Below are positions 8,911 to 17,060 of a stretch of 64,000 bases of DNA, piece after piece. The position numbers and the translations under genes are program-made. The notes under the pieces were generated by a model that had not been told where the DNA came from, ran no database searches, and saw only the letters and a list, made by a program, of their open reading frames with translations. The DNA lies in assembly GCA_007135095.1 (NCBI GenBank), contig SLJO01000067.1, positions 5,849 through 69,848 on the forward strand. Direction: 5' to 3'. This DNA is from Bacteroidales bacterium. Lineage in GTDB: Bacteria > Bacteroidota > Bacteroidia > Bacteroidales > PUMT01. Numbering within the stretch: position 1 is the stretch's first letter; every line of letters begins with the position of its first letter.

Positions 8911-10833
8911 TTAGTTGATGACCGGAAGGCCGGTCTGATCAAGGAAGTCATTGTGTTCATTGCCCCATATATCATCGCCGTTGGAAATTGTAAAGATGAT
9001 GTCATTGAAATCCTCATCGCTTCCCGCCAGCATATCTTCAAATCCAAGCACGATATTCCCGCACTCGGCCTCCAGGAAAAGAACATGCTTGCGCACATCA
9101 CCGGGGTTAAACTCCGGTGTGGTATAAACCGTGTGCCTGGGGAATTCGCTTGGCTCGTTAAGGTCTTTATCCCAGCCATCGGCAATGATATAGAAACCTA
9201 TAACCGTGCCTGCGGGAAATATTTTATTATCAGCACCCAGCCTCACCCTTTCACCCTGTTTCCTGGACACCCCGTTACTGTTCTTATTGACATAGTTGTA
9301 AATAATGCTTTTGTTAAGTTCGTCGGCAGATTCAGGGACCGCATCATTTGGATAGGCATAGTATCCGAACCTGTTGTGCCACCCGGCACCGTTATGGATA
9401 AAGGTGATATAAACAGGTCCGTCCTCAGTTAGCGTCAGGGTGCCCGGAAGTCCTTTTTTCGAAAGTTTATGGGCGGGATGATCGGTATGAGTAATATTTT
9501 TCTTTTCAGGAAAATATTCAACAATCGTGGGCCAGAGTGTCGAGCAGGGCTCTGTTGGCTCAAGCTCCACTATTTCAAGTATCTTAAGCCCCCCCAGGCC
9601 TGTTGCAACAAAAATTTTGTTGCCATCGGCCTCAACAAAATTAGCCGATGACCCCATCTCAAACTTCATTCTGCCAATCGGGCTGACACTTTGTTCATTG
9701 TCGATCTCAGCTATATGCACCCCTGAGCCTCCGTTGGCTATAAGTATAAGGTTTTCATTGACAGAGACACCGTTGGTTACATAATCAAGCGGGACTTCGG
9801 CATCTTCATGCTCCACGGGCCTGGGAAGCGAGGCTACCGGATCTCCTCCGGTATTGATATCATACACCTCCATGCCGCCTGTGCCGGCGGCAACAAACAC
9901 CAGGTTATCCTTTAGCCTGACGATGGACTTTGCCTCGAGATAATCATCGCCTTCAAAATGGCTGCCGCCGGTGGTGATCTCCCTTAAAACATCACCCTCC
10001 ATATTCATTACCAGGAGCCTGTTATCTTCAGCACTGTAAACCACAAGGTGGGTACCATCGGTATCTATAGAGCGGGCATAGGGAACGGGTATATATTTCT
10101 TGAGCTTCATTGCGTTATCCAGTATGCTGAGTCCGCCGTCAGAGCCGGAGGTTACATAGACCGAATTATTATCATTGTACCTTACATCATTCCCGGCAAA
10201 ACTTTCCAGGTCAAAAAACAGGCGCGGTTCCTCAAGATGCTTGAAGGCGTTAGCCTTGTTGGCAATAAACTTTTCAACTATGGCGGGAGAGCCAAGTCCC
10301 AGCGGGTCGGGGAACAAATTACGGGCCCCCGTCAGGTAGATGAAGTTATTCTGCCCGTCCCCCTTGGGATCAACATCGATAGAGCTTATGTCTTTTTCAG
10401 GGAAAATAACATTCTGTATAAGCCGGGGATTTTCAATGTCGCTTATATCGAATACATCAACCCCCCCCAGGTATTCGGGCCCCCTGGTATTATAGGTGAC
10501 AAAGGCATTATTGCCGACTATTTTAATATGTGAGGCCTGAAGGGTTTTGCCCTTATGCACCGGCGGGTCAACCTCGGCACGGAGATATATCTCGTAACGC
10601 GTGTTCAGGTAGCCGGACTTCAGGTCCTTTAAGCTGGCATCGGACCCGACGGGATAAACAGGCATCAGGCGGCCTCCTGCAATAGTATTAACCCTTTGGC
10701 CAAGCTGTGAAGGATTATTGTTGATGATCATCACCTCCTGGTTCACCCGGTCTTCAACAGGATCTTTTTCACATGAGGCCAGGAAAAAGCCAAATGCTGC
10801 AACAAGTGCCAGCATAAATATATTTCGTGCCAT
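8911..10833 (-). CDS. Lipoprotein with LVIVD-type beta-propeller repeats and C-terminal DUF4114 domain
   Basis: I moved the start to ATG 10833 (MARNIFMLALVAAFGFFLASC, a lipobox). It has repeats of the type VGNNAFVTYNTRGPEYLGGVDVFDISDIENP and a C-terminal GFEDMLAGSDEDFNDIIFTISNG typical of DUF4114. The ORF-track upstream extension (10834-11010) is AT-rich and junk-like. Confidence 0.6.
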   Translation of the reverse strand: MARNIFMLALVAAFGFFLASCEKDPVEDRVNQEVMIINNNPSQLGQRVNTIAGGRLMPVYPVGSDASLKDLKSGYLNTRYEIYLRAEVDPPVHKGKTLQASHIKIVGNNAFVTYNTRGPEYLGGVDVFDISDIENPRLIQNVIFPEKDISSIDVDPKGDGQNNFIYLTGARNLFPDPLGLGSPAIVEKFIANKANAFKHLEEPRLFFDLESFAGNDVRYNDNNSVYVTSGSDGGLSILDNAMKLKKYIPVPYARSIDTDGTHLVVYSAEDNRLLVMNMEGDVLREITTGGSHFEGDDYLEAKSIVRLKDNLVFVAAGTGGMEVYDINTGGDPVASLPRPVEHEDAEVPLDYVTNGVSVNENLILIANGGSGVHIAEIDNEQSVSPIGRMKFEMGSSANFVEADGNKIFVATGLGGLKILEIVELEPTEPCSTLWPTIVEYFPEKKNITHTDHPAHKLSKKGLPGTLTLTEDGPVYITFIHNGAGWHNRFGYYAYPNDAVPESADELNKSIIYNYVNKNSNGVSRKQGERVRLGADNKIFPAGTVIGFYIIADGWDKDLNEPSEFPRHTVYTTPEFNPGDVRKHVLFLEAECGNIVLGFEDMLAGSDEDFNDIIFTISNGDDIWGNEHNDFLDQTGLPVIN

Positions 10834-11078
10834 AATCAAAAAATTAAGTAAAAAATTATGAGAACTGAAGCTATCCAGTTGTATCGCTTTATTGTAATAA
10901 ACAGTACAGCCCAAATAGTGCAAAATAAAGTAATGCAATATTCGAGAATAATATTGATACATATTACGGAACCGGCAATGAAAAGTTGGATAAATTTGAC
11001 CAGCAGTCAATTTTCTTACACTAAAAGCTTAAAGGGCCGGCAGTAATTGATCAGCGGTCCGGATTTCCTGGCTGGAGA

Positions 11079-12233
11079 TCATATTTTTTCGGTCAGCCGT
11101 TTGACCAGCTTGAAATTATTGAAAAATTCCTTCGCGATCACCCTTATTACCGTATAGGCGGGAATGGCAAGGAACATGCCGATAATCCCGGCGGTGCTCC
11201 CTGCTATCATAAGCACGATAAAAATTTCCAGCGGGTGGGCATGCACGCTGCTGGCGTAGATCAGGGGCTGGAATATAATGTTGTCAATAAGCTGGACACA
11301 GACAAACACAAGCAGCATATACATGAGCAACGGCAGCATTTCATTGTAGAAAGAAAGATCAAGATGGCTGACCACGCCTATGAAAATACCGATCGTGGCT
11401 CCGATAACCGGCCCGATATAGGGTATCACGTTAAAAACCCCTACAACCAGTCCTATTACCAGTGAATTGCGGAACTCAATCCCGACGATGAGCATGCCGG
11501 ATGTGATAAGGATAATTATAAAAGTGATCTGGAGTATTATCCCGATAAAGTACCGCATCAGCAGGTGTCTTATGGATGACATTACATGCCTTACAGCGCT
11601 CTCGTGCCGTGTGGGTATGAATATAAGTATTCCTTCCAGGAAGAGCCTGTCGTCCTTTAAAAAGAAAAAAGTCATAAACGAAATTGCAAAGGCAGCAATG
11701 AAAACATTTCCCAGGATGGTGGCCATGGAGCTGAATATGCTGGTAAAAAAATCAATGTTGAGAATGGAGTTAAGCTTCTGGGTGAAAAATTCCGGTATGC
11801 TGAGGTCGCGGAAAGCATCCAGGCCAAGCCTCAGCATAAATATTTCCAGCTGCTGAATCGGCTCATCCAGATTACCAATTACCGTCTCGGCATTTATAAG
11901 GGCAAGCTCCCTGGCCTGGGAGGCGATGATTGGAATGAATATTCTGAAAAACAGCAGCACAACACCCCATAACAGCAGAAGCGCCAGAAGGGCACTTACG
12001 GCCCTGGGTATCCTGATCTGTTTGTGCCTGAGCCTGTCAAGCAAATCAACAACAGGCCGCCCAACAAGGGAAAGTACAAAACTGACCAGTAAAAAGGAAA
12101 TTATCGCCCTTAAGTGCCAGAGCACCAAAAGCAGAACAACGGCTCCCAGAACAATGGCAATGTACTTCCCCGTTTCGCTCTTTAACTCAAACTTTGGATC
12201 CAGCGCTGTTTGTGCAGCCGGTTTATTGCTCAT
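11079..12233 (-). CDS. AI-2E family transporter (PerM/YdiK-like permease)
   Basis: Polytopic, with FNVIPYIGPVIGATIGIFIG typical of the AI-2E family. I moved the start to ATG 12233 (MSNKPAAQ). A -7 box CAAAAATA (12283-12290, TATTTTTG on the minus strand) lies inside the longer ORF-track version, and that longer version overlaps the divergent DMT gene. Confidence 0.8.
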   Translation of the reverse strand: MSNKPAAQTALDPKFELKSETGKYIAIVLGAVVLLLVLWHLRAIISFLLVSFVLSLVGRPVVDLLDRLRHKQIRIPRAVSALLALLLLWGVVLLFFRIFIPIIASQARELALINAETVIGNLDEPIQQLEIFMLRLGLDAFRDLSIPEFFTQKLNSILNIDFFTSIFSSMATILGNVFIAAFAISFMTFFFLKDDRLFLEGILIFIPTRHESAVRHVMSSIRHLLMRYFIGIILQITFIIILITSGMLIVGIEFRNSLVIGLVVGVFNVIPYIGPVIGATIGIFIGVVSHLDLSFYNEMLPLLMYMLLVFVCVQLIDNIIFQPLIYASSVHAHPLEIFIVLMIAGSTAGIIGMFLAIPAYTVIRVIAKEFFNNFKLVKRLTEKI

Positions 12234-12428
12234 ACCAGTGACTTTAATACCATATCGGGTCTGAATGATGGCTAAAACTAAACAAAAATAATGATTTTGC
12301 CCGTTTTTTAACATGATGCTGCAAAAACTTCGATCCGGCTTATAAATCAGTGCAACAGCGTCCAAAATTTTGTCCTCATAATTTATTTCTCTTTGATTAT
12401 CTTCGTGGCCTGAATAAAGTTTTGTTTT

Positions 12429-13367
12429 ATGATACAATCCCATGCAGGTGAGCTTTCCGCGCTTCTGGCTGCAGTCTTCTGGACTTTCACCGCCCTGGCT
12501 TTTGAATCGGCCGGGAAAAAGATCGGCTCGGTAACGGTAAATCTTGTGCGTCTTTTCATGGCCTTTATATTCCTGGGCATCTTCACATACTTCAGCAGGG
12601 GACAGTTTTTTCCCTCCGGTGCAAGCCTGCATAACTGGATATGGCTGTCATTATCGGGACTGGTGGGATTTGTGCTGGGTGATCTTTTCCTTTTCAGGGC
12701 ATATGTTGTGGTGGGCGCACGCATTTCCATGCTGATCATGTCTCTGGCACCCCCGATCGCAGCACTTGCAGGCTGGCTGATAATGGGCGAAACCATGTCA
12801 CGCCTGAGTCTGGCGGGCATGGCGGTTACCTTCACGGGAATCGCGATTGTCGTCCTGACAAGGCACAAGGATGATATTCCCCCCGCCACTGGCACCTCCA
12901 AAATCAGGCGAAAATCCAACGGGTTGCGCTTCTCTTACCCGTTAGCGGGATTGCTGCTTGCCTTTGGAGGTGCTGCCGGACAGGCTACCGGACTGGTACT
13001 GAGCAAATACGGCATGGCAGGCTACGATGCCTTTGCTGCCACCCAGATACGGGTGATCACTGGCTTCTTCGGTTTTATGTTCATATATACAGTGCTTCGG
13101 CGATGGTACAGGCTTATACCCGCCCTGAAAAACAAGGCAGCAATGAAAAGCCTTACCATCGGTGCATTCTTCGGCCCCTTCCTCGGGGTTTCTTTCTCTC
13201 TTCTGGCGGTTAAGTTTACCTCCTCGGGCATTGCAGCCACCATTATGAGTATAGTGCCCGTGCTTATTATTCCTTTTTCAATTATGCTTTTCAAGGAAAA
13301 AATAACCCCCAGGGAAATCCTGGGGGCAATTATTGCTGTCGGCGGAATAGCAATTTTCTTTTTGTAA
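12429..13367 (+). CDS. DMT-superfamily transporter (EamA-like, 10 TM)
   Basis: 312 aa with two EamA-like halves of hydrophobic helices. LSALLAAVFWTFTALAFE is a typical EamA N-terminus. Confidence 0.75.
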   Translation: MIQSHAGELSALLAAVFWTFTALAFESAGKKIGSVTVNLVRLFMAFIFLGIFTYFSRGQFFPSGASLHNWIWLSLSGLVGFVLGDLFLFRAYVVVGARISMLIMSLAPPIAALAGWLIMGETMSRLSLAGMAVTFTGIAIVVLTRHKDDIPPATGTSKIRRKSNGLRFSYPLAGLLLAFGGAAGQATGLVLSKYGMAGYDAFAATQIRVITGFFGFMFIYTVLRRWYRLIPALKNKAAMKSLTIGAFFGPFLGVSFSLLAVKFTSSGIAATIMSIVPVLIIPFSIMLFKEKITPREILGAIIAVGGIAIFFL

Positions 13368-13410
13368 GGAACCCTGCTAAGGCCGCATCAGCCTTCGGCA
13401 GACAAATATT

Positions 13411-14637
13411 TTATGAAATCTCCGCAGACAGCAGCTGCTGCCCGAATTTACGTCCGAAGTTTTTGAGCTCAGCTATCTTTTCCGCATGGGGATAGAATTT
13501 ATTTGCAAAGCCGCCTTCCATTACTTTCAGCTTCAAGGCTTTCAGATTGCTGTCAATTATATTAACCGCTTCACCGCTCCATCCGAAAGAGCCGAAGGAT
13601 GCTGCCAGTTTGCCCTTGTCCCTTATGGGATTTATCAGTGAGAATAGCCGGTAAACCGGGAGCAGCGTGTTCTGGTTAATCGTTGGAGAACCTACCAGCA
13701 GGGCATTGCAGCGTACCAATAGTGAATCAAGCTCACCCATGGGCATGGTTTCGATATCGACTGTTTCAACCACGATACTCTTGTCAGCTTCCCTGATGCC
13801 TTCGGCAATATATTCGGCCATCTGCCTGGTATACCCGTAGGCTGAAATATAGGTGAGCAATACCTGTTTGCTTTCAGAACTGGATCCGGCAAGGTATTCC
13901 ATTGCATATTGCCGGGAAAGGTCCACATATTTCTTCCAGTCGGACCGCAAAATGGGGCCGTGACCCGTGGCTATGACAGATATATCCAGCGGACTGATCT
14001 TTTCAATGGCCTTTAGCATAAACTTGCTGAAAGGTTTGAGTATAACGTCAAAATAGTACTTAAATGAATCGTCATAATTATCCACCAGATCATCAAACAT
14101 CGCGGGTGCGCAGAAATGGGCCCCGAAGGAATCGCAGGTAAAAAGCACCCTGTCCTCTTCAAGCCAGGTATATATCGAGTCGGGCCAGTGCAGGTTGGGT
14201 GCCGAAATGAATTTAAGGGTCTTATTTCCCAGGTCAAGGGTATCGCCGTCTTTCACCCTCATGCTTTTGAACGGAATGGAGACAATGTCCTCAAGGTAGC
14301 GAATGGCATTCCCGCTTCCCACTACCGTGGCACCGGGAACCAGCATGAGCAGGTTTTCGAGATTCCCCGAGTGATCCGGTTCGGTGTGATTAAGAATAAT
14401 ATATTCAATCTCCGAGGGGTTGGTCACTGCCCTTATCTTCTCAAACCAGGTATCCCAGAATTTTGCTTTGGTTGTTTCAATTATTGCCTTTTTCTCTGCA
14501 TTAATGAAATAGGAGTTGTAGGTTGTACCGTATACTGTCTCCATAACAATATCAAATGTCACGATATCGTAGTCCAGTATACCGATCCATTTGACATCAG
14601 GGGTCACTTCCAGCACTTTGTTGTCAGTATTTTGCAT
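13411..14637 (-). CDS. FprA-family flavodiiron protein (metallo-beta-lactamase-like plus flavodoxin domains)
   Basis: 408 aa. NHTEPDHSG is the HxExDH di-iron ligand motif. The C-terminal flavodoxin-like domain reads [22 protein letters not shown]. Confidence 0.85.
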   Translation of the reverse strand: MQNTDNKVLEVTPDVKWIGILDYDIVTFDIVMETVYGTTYNSYFINAEKKAIIETTKAKFWDTWFEKIRAVTNPSEIEYIILNHTEPDHSGNLENLLMLVPGATVVGSGNAIRYLEDIVSIPFKSMRVKDGDTLDLGNKTLKFISAPNLHWPDSIYTWLEEDRVLFTCDSFGAHFCAPAMFDDLVDNYDDSFKYYFDVILKPFSKFMLKAIEKISPLDISVIATGHGPILRSDWKKYVDLSRQYAMEYLAGSSSESKQVLLTYISAYGYTRQMAEYIAEGIREADKSIVVETVDIETMPMGELDSLLVRCNALLVGSPTINQNTLLPVYRLFSLINPIRDKGKLAASFGSFGWSGEAVNIIDSNLKALKLKVMEGGFANKFYPHAEKIAELKNFGRKFGQQLLSAEIS

Positions 14638-14672
14638 GTTCTGTTTTTTTATGATTTATAAGCGGGAAAATG

Positions 14673-14680
14673 CAAATTTA
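14673..14680 (-). promoter_or_regulatory. Candidate -7 promoter box for the flavodiiron gene
   Basis: CAAATTTA on the + strand reads TAAATTTG on the minus strand (TAnnTTTG). It lies 36 nt upstream of ATG 14637. Confidence 0.35.
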
Positions 14681-14806
14681 ATAAAATGCCGGAAAGTTGC
14701 ATATATCAGTTTCACCCTACACCCCATGTAACGGGCATTCAGGTTCGGCCGGTCACAGGCCATGAAAAATGCCGGTGATGGTCAGGGACCGGCCGGCGGG
14801 GCCGTA

Positions 14807-14842
14807 AACCATAAAAGCTCCCTTTCGGGAGCTTTTATGGTT
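14807..14842 (-). terminator. Strong hairpin terminator after the Cys-rich protein gene
   Basis: A perfect 16-bp stem: AACCATAAAAGCTCCC (14807-14822), loop TTTC, GGGAGCTTTTATGGTT (14827-14842). It starts 14 nt after the stop codon at 14856. Confidence 0.7.
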
Positions 14843-14855
14843 GGAATTCCTTTGC

Positions 14856-15281
14856 TTACTGGTTACCGGCCAGCCCGGTTTTGTCAGTTTTCCCCGAATC
14901 ACATTCGTCCGGTACAGCTACACCATCTGCAGAGACTGCAGATGAGCAGCAGCCGGCGGCTTTTTCTTCAGCGGCCTGTGCTGCCTTTGCAGATGAACTG
15001 CAATCAGAAGCGGAACCGCCCGCGAGAACGGCATTTACTGCTGAGCCGCAATCACCGGCGGCGGTTTTCACCGCCTTTGCAGATGAACTGCATTCTGAGC
15101 CTTTTTCAATACCGCCTGTAAGGACGGCATTCGCGGAAGTACCGCAATTATTATCAGAGGCAACTGTGGCGCATTCAGTCTTCTTTTCGGTTGCCGAATT
15201 GTCCTTTTCAGATGAATCAAGTGAAAAGGCAGATACTCCAATAAAAGCTACAATAGCTATAAGTGCAAATAATTTTTTCAT
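14856..15281 (-). CDS. Secreted Cys-rich, Ala/Ser/Gly-rich tandem-repeat protein (hypothetical)
   Basis: 141 aa with signal peptide MKKLFALIAIVAFIGVSAFS. The mature part has 8 Cys and no Phe, Trp, Tyr, His, Met or Arg. The gene has its own -7 box and its own terminator. Confidence 0.7.
   Translation of the reverse strand: MKKLFALIAIVAFIGVSAFSLDSSEKDNSATEKKTECATVASDNNCGTSANAVLTGGIEKGSECSSSAKAVKTAAGDCGSAVNAVLAGGSASDCSSSAKAAQAAEEKAAGCCSSAVSADGVAVPDECDSGKTDKTGLAGNQ
14952..15146 (-). repeat. Imperfect in-frame tandem repeat (about 90-96 bp unit, 2 copies) inside the Cys-rich gene
   Basis: The 20-mer GCCTTTGCAGATGAACTGCA occurs at 14983-15002 and again at 15073-15092, exactly 90 bp apart. On the coding strand it encodes CSSSAKA in both copies. 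The flanking CG[ST][SA][AV]NAVLxGG is also duplicated. Confidence 0.85.
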
Positions 15282-15306
15282 AATGGTTTATTGTTTTTAT
15301 TTAGAC

Positions 15307-15314
15307 CAAATATA
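15307..15314 (-). promoter_or_regulatory. Candidate -7 promoter box for the Cys-rich protein gene
   Basis: CAAATATA on the + strand reads TATATTTG on the minus strand. It lies 26 nt upstream of ATG 15281. Confidence 0.35.
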
Positions 15315-15364
15315 CTTTAATTGATCCAAACAAAATGTTAATTAATCATAAAAAAATCCGGGGG

Positions 15365-16024
15365 TTAGGAAAAGGAAGCTAAAACTGTAGTTTTTCCGGT
15401 GACCTTCTGCCCGAGCCTGACATTGAGTTTAACATCGGTTGGCAAAAAAAGGTCCACCCGCGACCCGAACTTGATAAATCCAAGTTCCTGTCCCTGTTGA
15501 ACACTTTCACCGGTTTTTGCATAACACACGATTCGCCGGGCAAGGGCTCCGGCAATTTGTCGTACCAGTATGGTGTTTTTTTCACTGTCCTCTATGACAA
15601 CCGAACAACGTTCATTCTTGCTTGAAGCCTTGGGATGCCATGCAAGCAGGTAATCACCGGGGTGGTACTTGTAATATTTCACAAGTCCGCCAATTGGAAA
15701 ATGGTTAAGATGCACATCTATCGGCGACATAAAAATGGATACCTGAAGCCGTTTGTCTTTAAAATATTCATTTTCCCCTGTTTCCTCGATCGTCACGATC
15801 TTTCCGTCTGCAGGCGCAATGACAAGATTTGCATCCTGCCTGAACGAGCGGCTGGGCACCCTGAAAAACCACAATATGAGCAGGTAAACAATAACCGAGA
15901 GGGACAGAAAAACGGTGGTTAACACATGTCCTGCCGGGAGAATGATAAATGCCAGTGTATTTAAAACGGCAAAAACTATCAGAAATGATAAAAGGATCAC
16001 ATGACCTTCCTTATGTATTCTCAT
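15365..16024 (-). CDS. psd: Phosphatidylserine decarboxylase proenzyme (short type)
   Basis: 219 aa with an N-terminal TM region. FIKFGSRVDLFLP contains the GS self-cleavage site. It is adjacent to cdsA. Confidence 0.85.
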   Translation of the reverse strand: MRIHKEGHVILLSFLIVFAVLNTLAFIILPAGHVLTTVFLSLSVIVYLLILWFFRVPSRSFRQDANLVIAPADGKIVTIEETGENEYFKDKRLQVSIFMSPIDVHLNHFPIGGLVKYYKYHPGDYLLAWHPKASSKNERCSVVIEDSEKNTILVRQIAGALARRIVCYAKTGESVQQGQELGFIKFGSRVDLFLPTDVKLNVRLGQKVTGKTTVLASFS

Positions 16025-16028
16025 TGTA

Positions 16029-16847
16029 TTAAGAGATAAAATTAAAATATACCCATATAACAGGAATCACAAATAGCCATGCATCAACACGGTCAAGTAC
16101 TCCGCCATGACCGGGAAGGATTTTGCCTGTATCCTTAATGCCGAGCTTTCTCTTGAAAAGGGATTCGACAAGGTCACCGTACACGCCGAATACAACCACT
16201 ATGATGGCAGTCCCCAGCCATTCTGCCCTTCCCAGCAAGGGAAATACCGGGTTCATGAACAAGGCAGCGAATATAACAACTATTCCCCCTCCAATGGTGC
16301 CTTCCCATGATTTTTTTGGCGAAACACTTTTAAAAAGGCGATGACGCCCCAGGGGGACGCCGATAAGGTAAGCTGCGGTATCATTAACCATTATCAGAAT
16401 CAATACCCCGGCAAGCACGGCAGGGGTATAGGTGCTGTGGGGCGCACCGGGAAAAACAAGGAAATTAAGCAGGCTGAAGGGGACGGCGATATATATTATA
16501 CCGTAAAAAGTGACCGCGAGATTGTCAAAACACTTCTTGTCCTGCCGGTATAGCTCTTTTATCATCATAACCGGCGGAAAAAGCATCAGCAGCGACAACC
16601 ACCTTAATGGCAGGCTTCCCGATGCATAACCGTGTAAAAATACGAAAAGGATTATTGATGCAAAAAGAGCTGTAAACTTTTGCACCCTGAATCCTTCATT
16701 TTCCTTATGTTTGTAAAACTCAAGCAGTGACAGTATTGAAAGTGCAAGGTAAAACACAAGAAAAGTAATGCTGCCCGCAAAAAGGGTGCCGTATACCAGG
16801 ATCACAAATAACGCTCCGGTAACAGAACGCTGAAACAAATTCTTCAA
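16029..16847 (-). CDS. cdsA: Phosphatidate cytidylyltransferase
   Basis: 272 aa, polytopic, with the C-terminal signature SLFKRKLGIKDTGKILPGHGGVLDRVD. Confidence 0.9.
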   Translation of the reverse strand: MKNLFQRSVTGALFVILVYGTLFAGSITFLVFYLALSILSLLEFYKHKENEGFRVQKFTALFASIILFVFLHGYASGSLPLRWLSLLMLFPPVMMIKELYRQDKKCFDNLAVTFYGIIYIAVPFSLLNFLVFPGAPHSTYTPAVLAGVLILIMVNDTAAYLIGVPLGRHRLFKSVSPKKSWEGTIGGGIVVIFAALFMNPVFPLLGRAEWLGTAIIVVVFGVYGDLVESLFKRKLGIKDTGKILPGHGGVLDRVDAWLFVIPVIWVYFNFIS

Positions 16848-17047
16848 GGCTCGAATTCTTTTATTAATTGTTCCGCTACCGGCACCTTATCCTTTTCAAC
16901 CATTACTTCAATATGCCCTATCGAGGGATAAGCAGAGTCCCGCTTATCCAGCACAACCGATTCTATTCCATTGTCCCTGAGCATTTGCTGCGCAATTTCG
17001 GCCAGGTATTTTTCCGGGGTAATATATACTGCTTCCCAGTTATCCAT
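16844..17047 (-). CDS. DUF2007-like small protein (putative signal-transducing protein fold)
   Basis: I moved the start to the internal ATG at 17047 (MDNWEAVYITPEKYLAEIAQQMLRDNGIESVVLDKRD), which removes the overlap with the ftsH 3' end. It shares a 4-nt overlap with the cdsA start. Confidence 0.5.
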   Translation of the reverse strand: MDNWEAVYITPEKYLAEIAQQMLRDNGIESVVLDKRDSAYPSIGHIEVMVEKDKVPVAEQLIKEFEP

Positions 17048-17060
17048 ATTTTGAACAATT

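Noticed and set aside
10461-10468. A G8 homopolymer (C8 on the + strand) in the LVIVD lipoprotein gene, plus G7 at 9589-9595 and a C7 coding-strand run at 41756-41762, as phase-variation switches.
   Set aside because: At roughly 24% G, about one run of 8 or more and several runs of 7 or more are expected by chance in 64 kb on both strands. My rough estimate therefore shows no enrichment. The tracts simply encode Gly-Gly or Pro-Pro. I keep this only as a side note under the LVIVD finding.
12234-12632. Long N-terminal extensions in ORF-track entries: the AI-2E transporter (to 12632), GNAT (39736-39984), cmk (43134-43340), the LVIVD lipoprotein (10834-11010), the serine hydrolase (47395-47505) and chorismate mutase (8807-8857).
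   Set aside because: The extensions overlap neighbouring genes or promoter boxes and look non-protein-like. Good internal ATG starts follow them and give family-typical lengths and N-termini, namely signal peptides, a P-loop and a lipobox.
14856-15281. The Cys-rich small protein as a RiPP precursor or bacteriocin.
   Set aside because: It has a classical Sec signal peptide rather than a leader peptide. No radical-SAM enzyme, lanthipeptide synthetase, YcaO, peptidase or ABC exporter is adjacent. The gene is monocistronic between its own promoter box and terminator.
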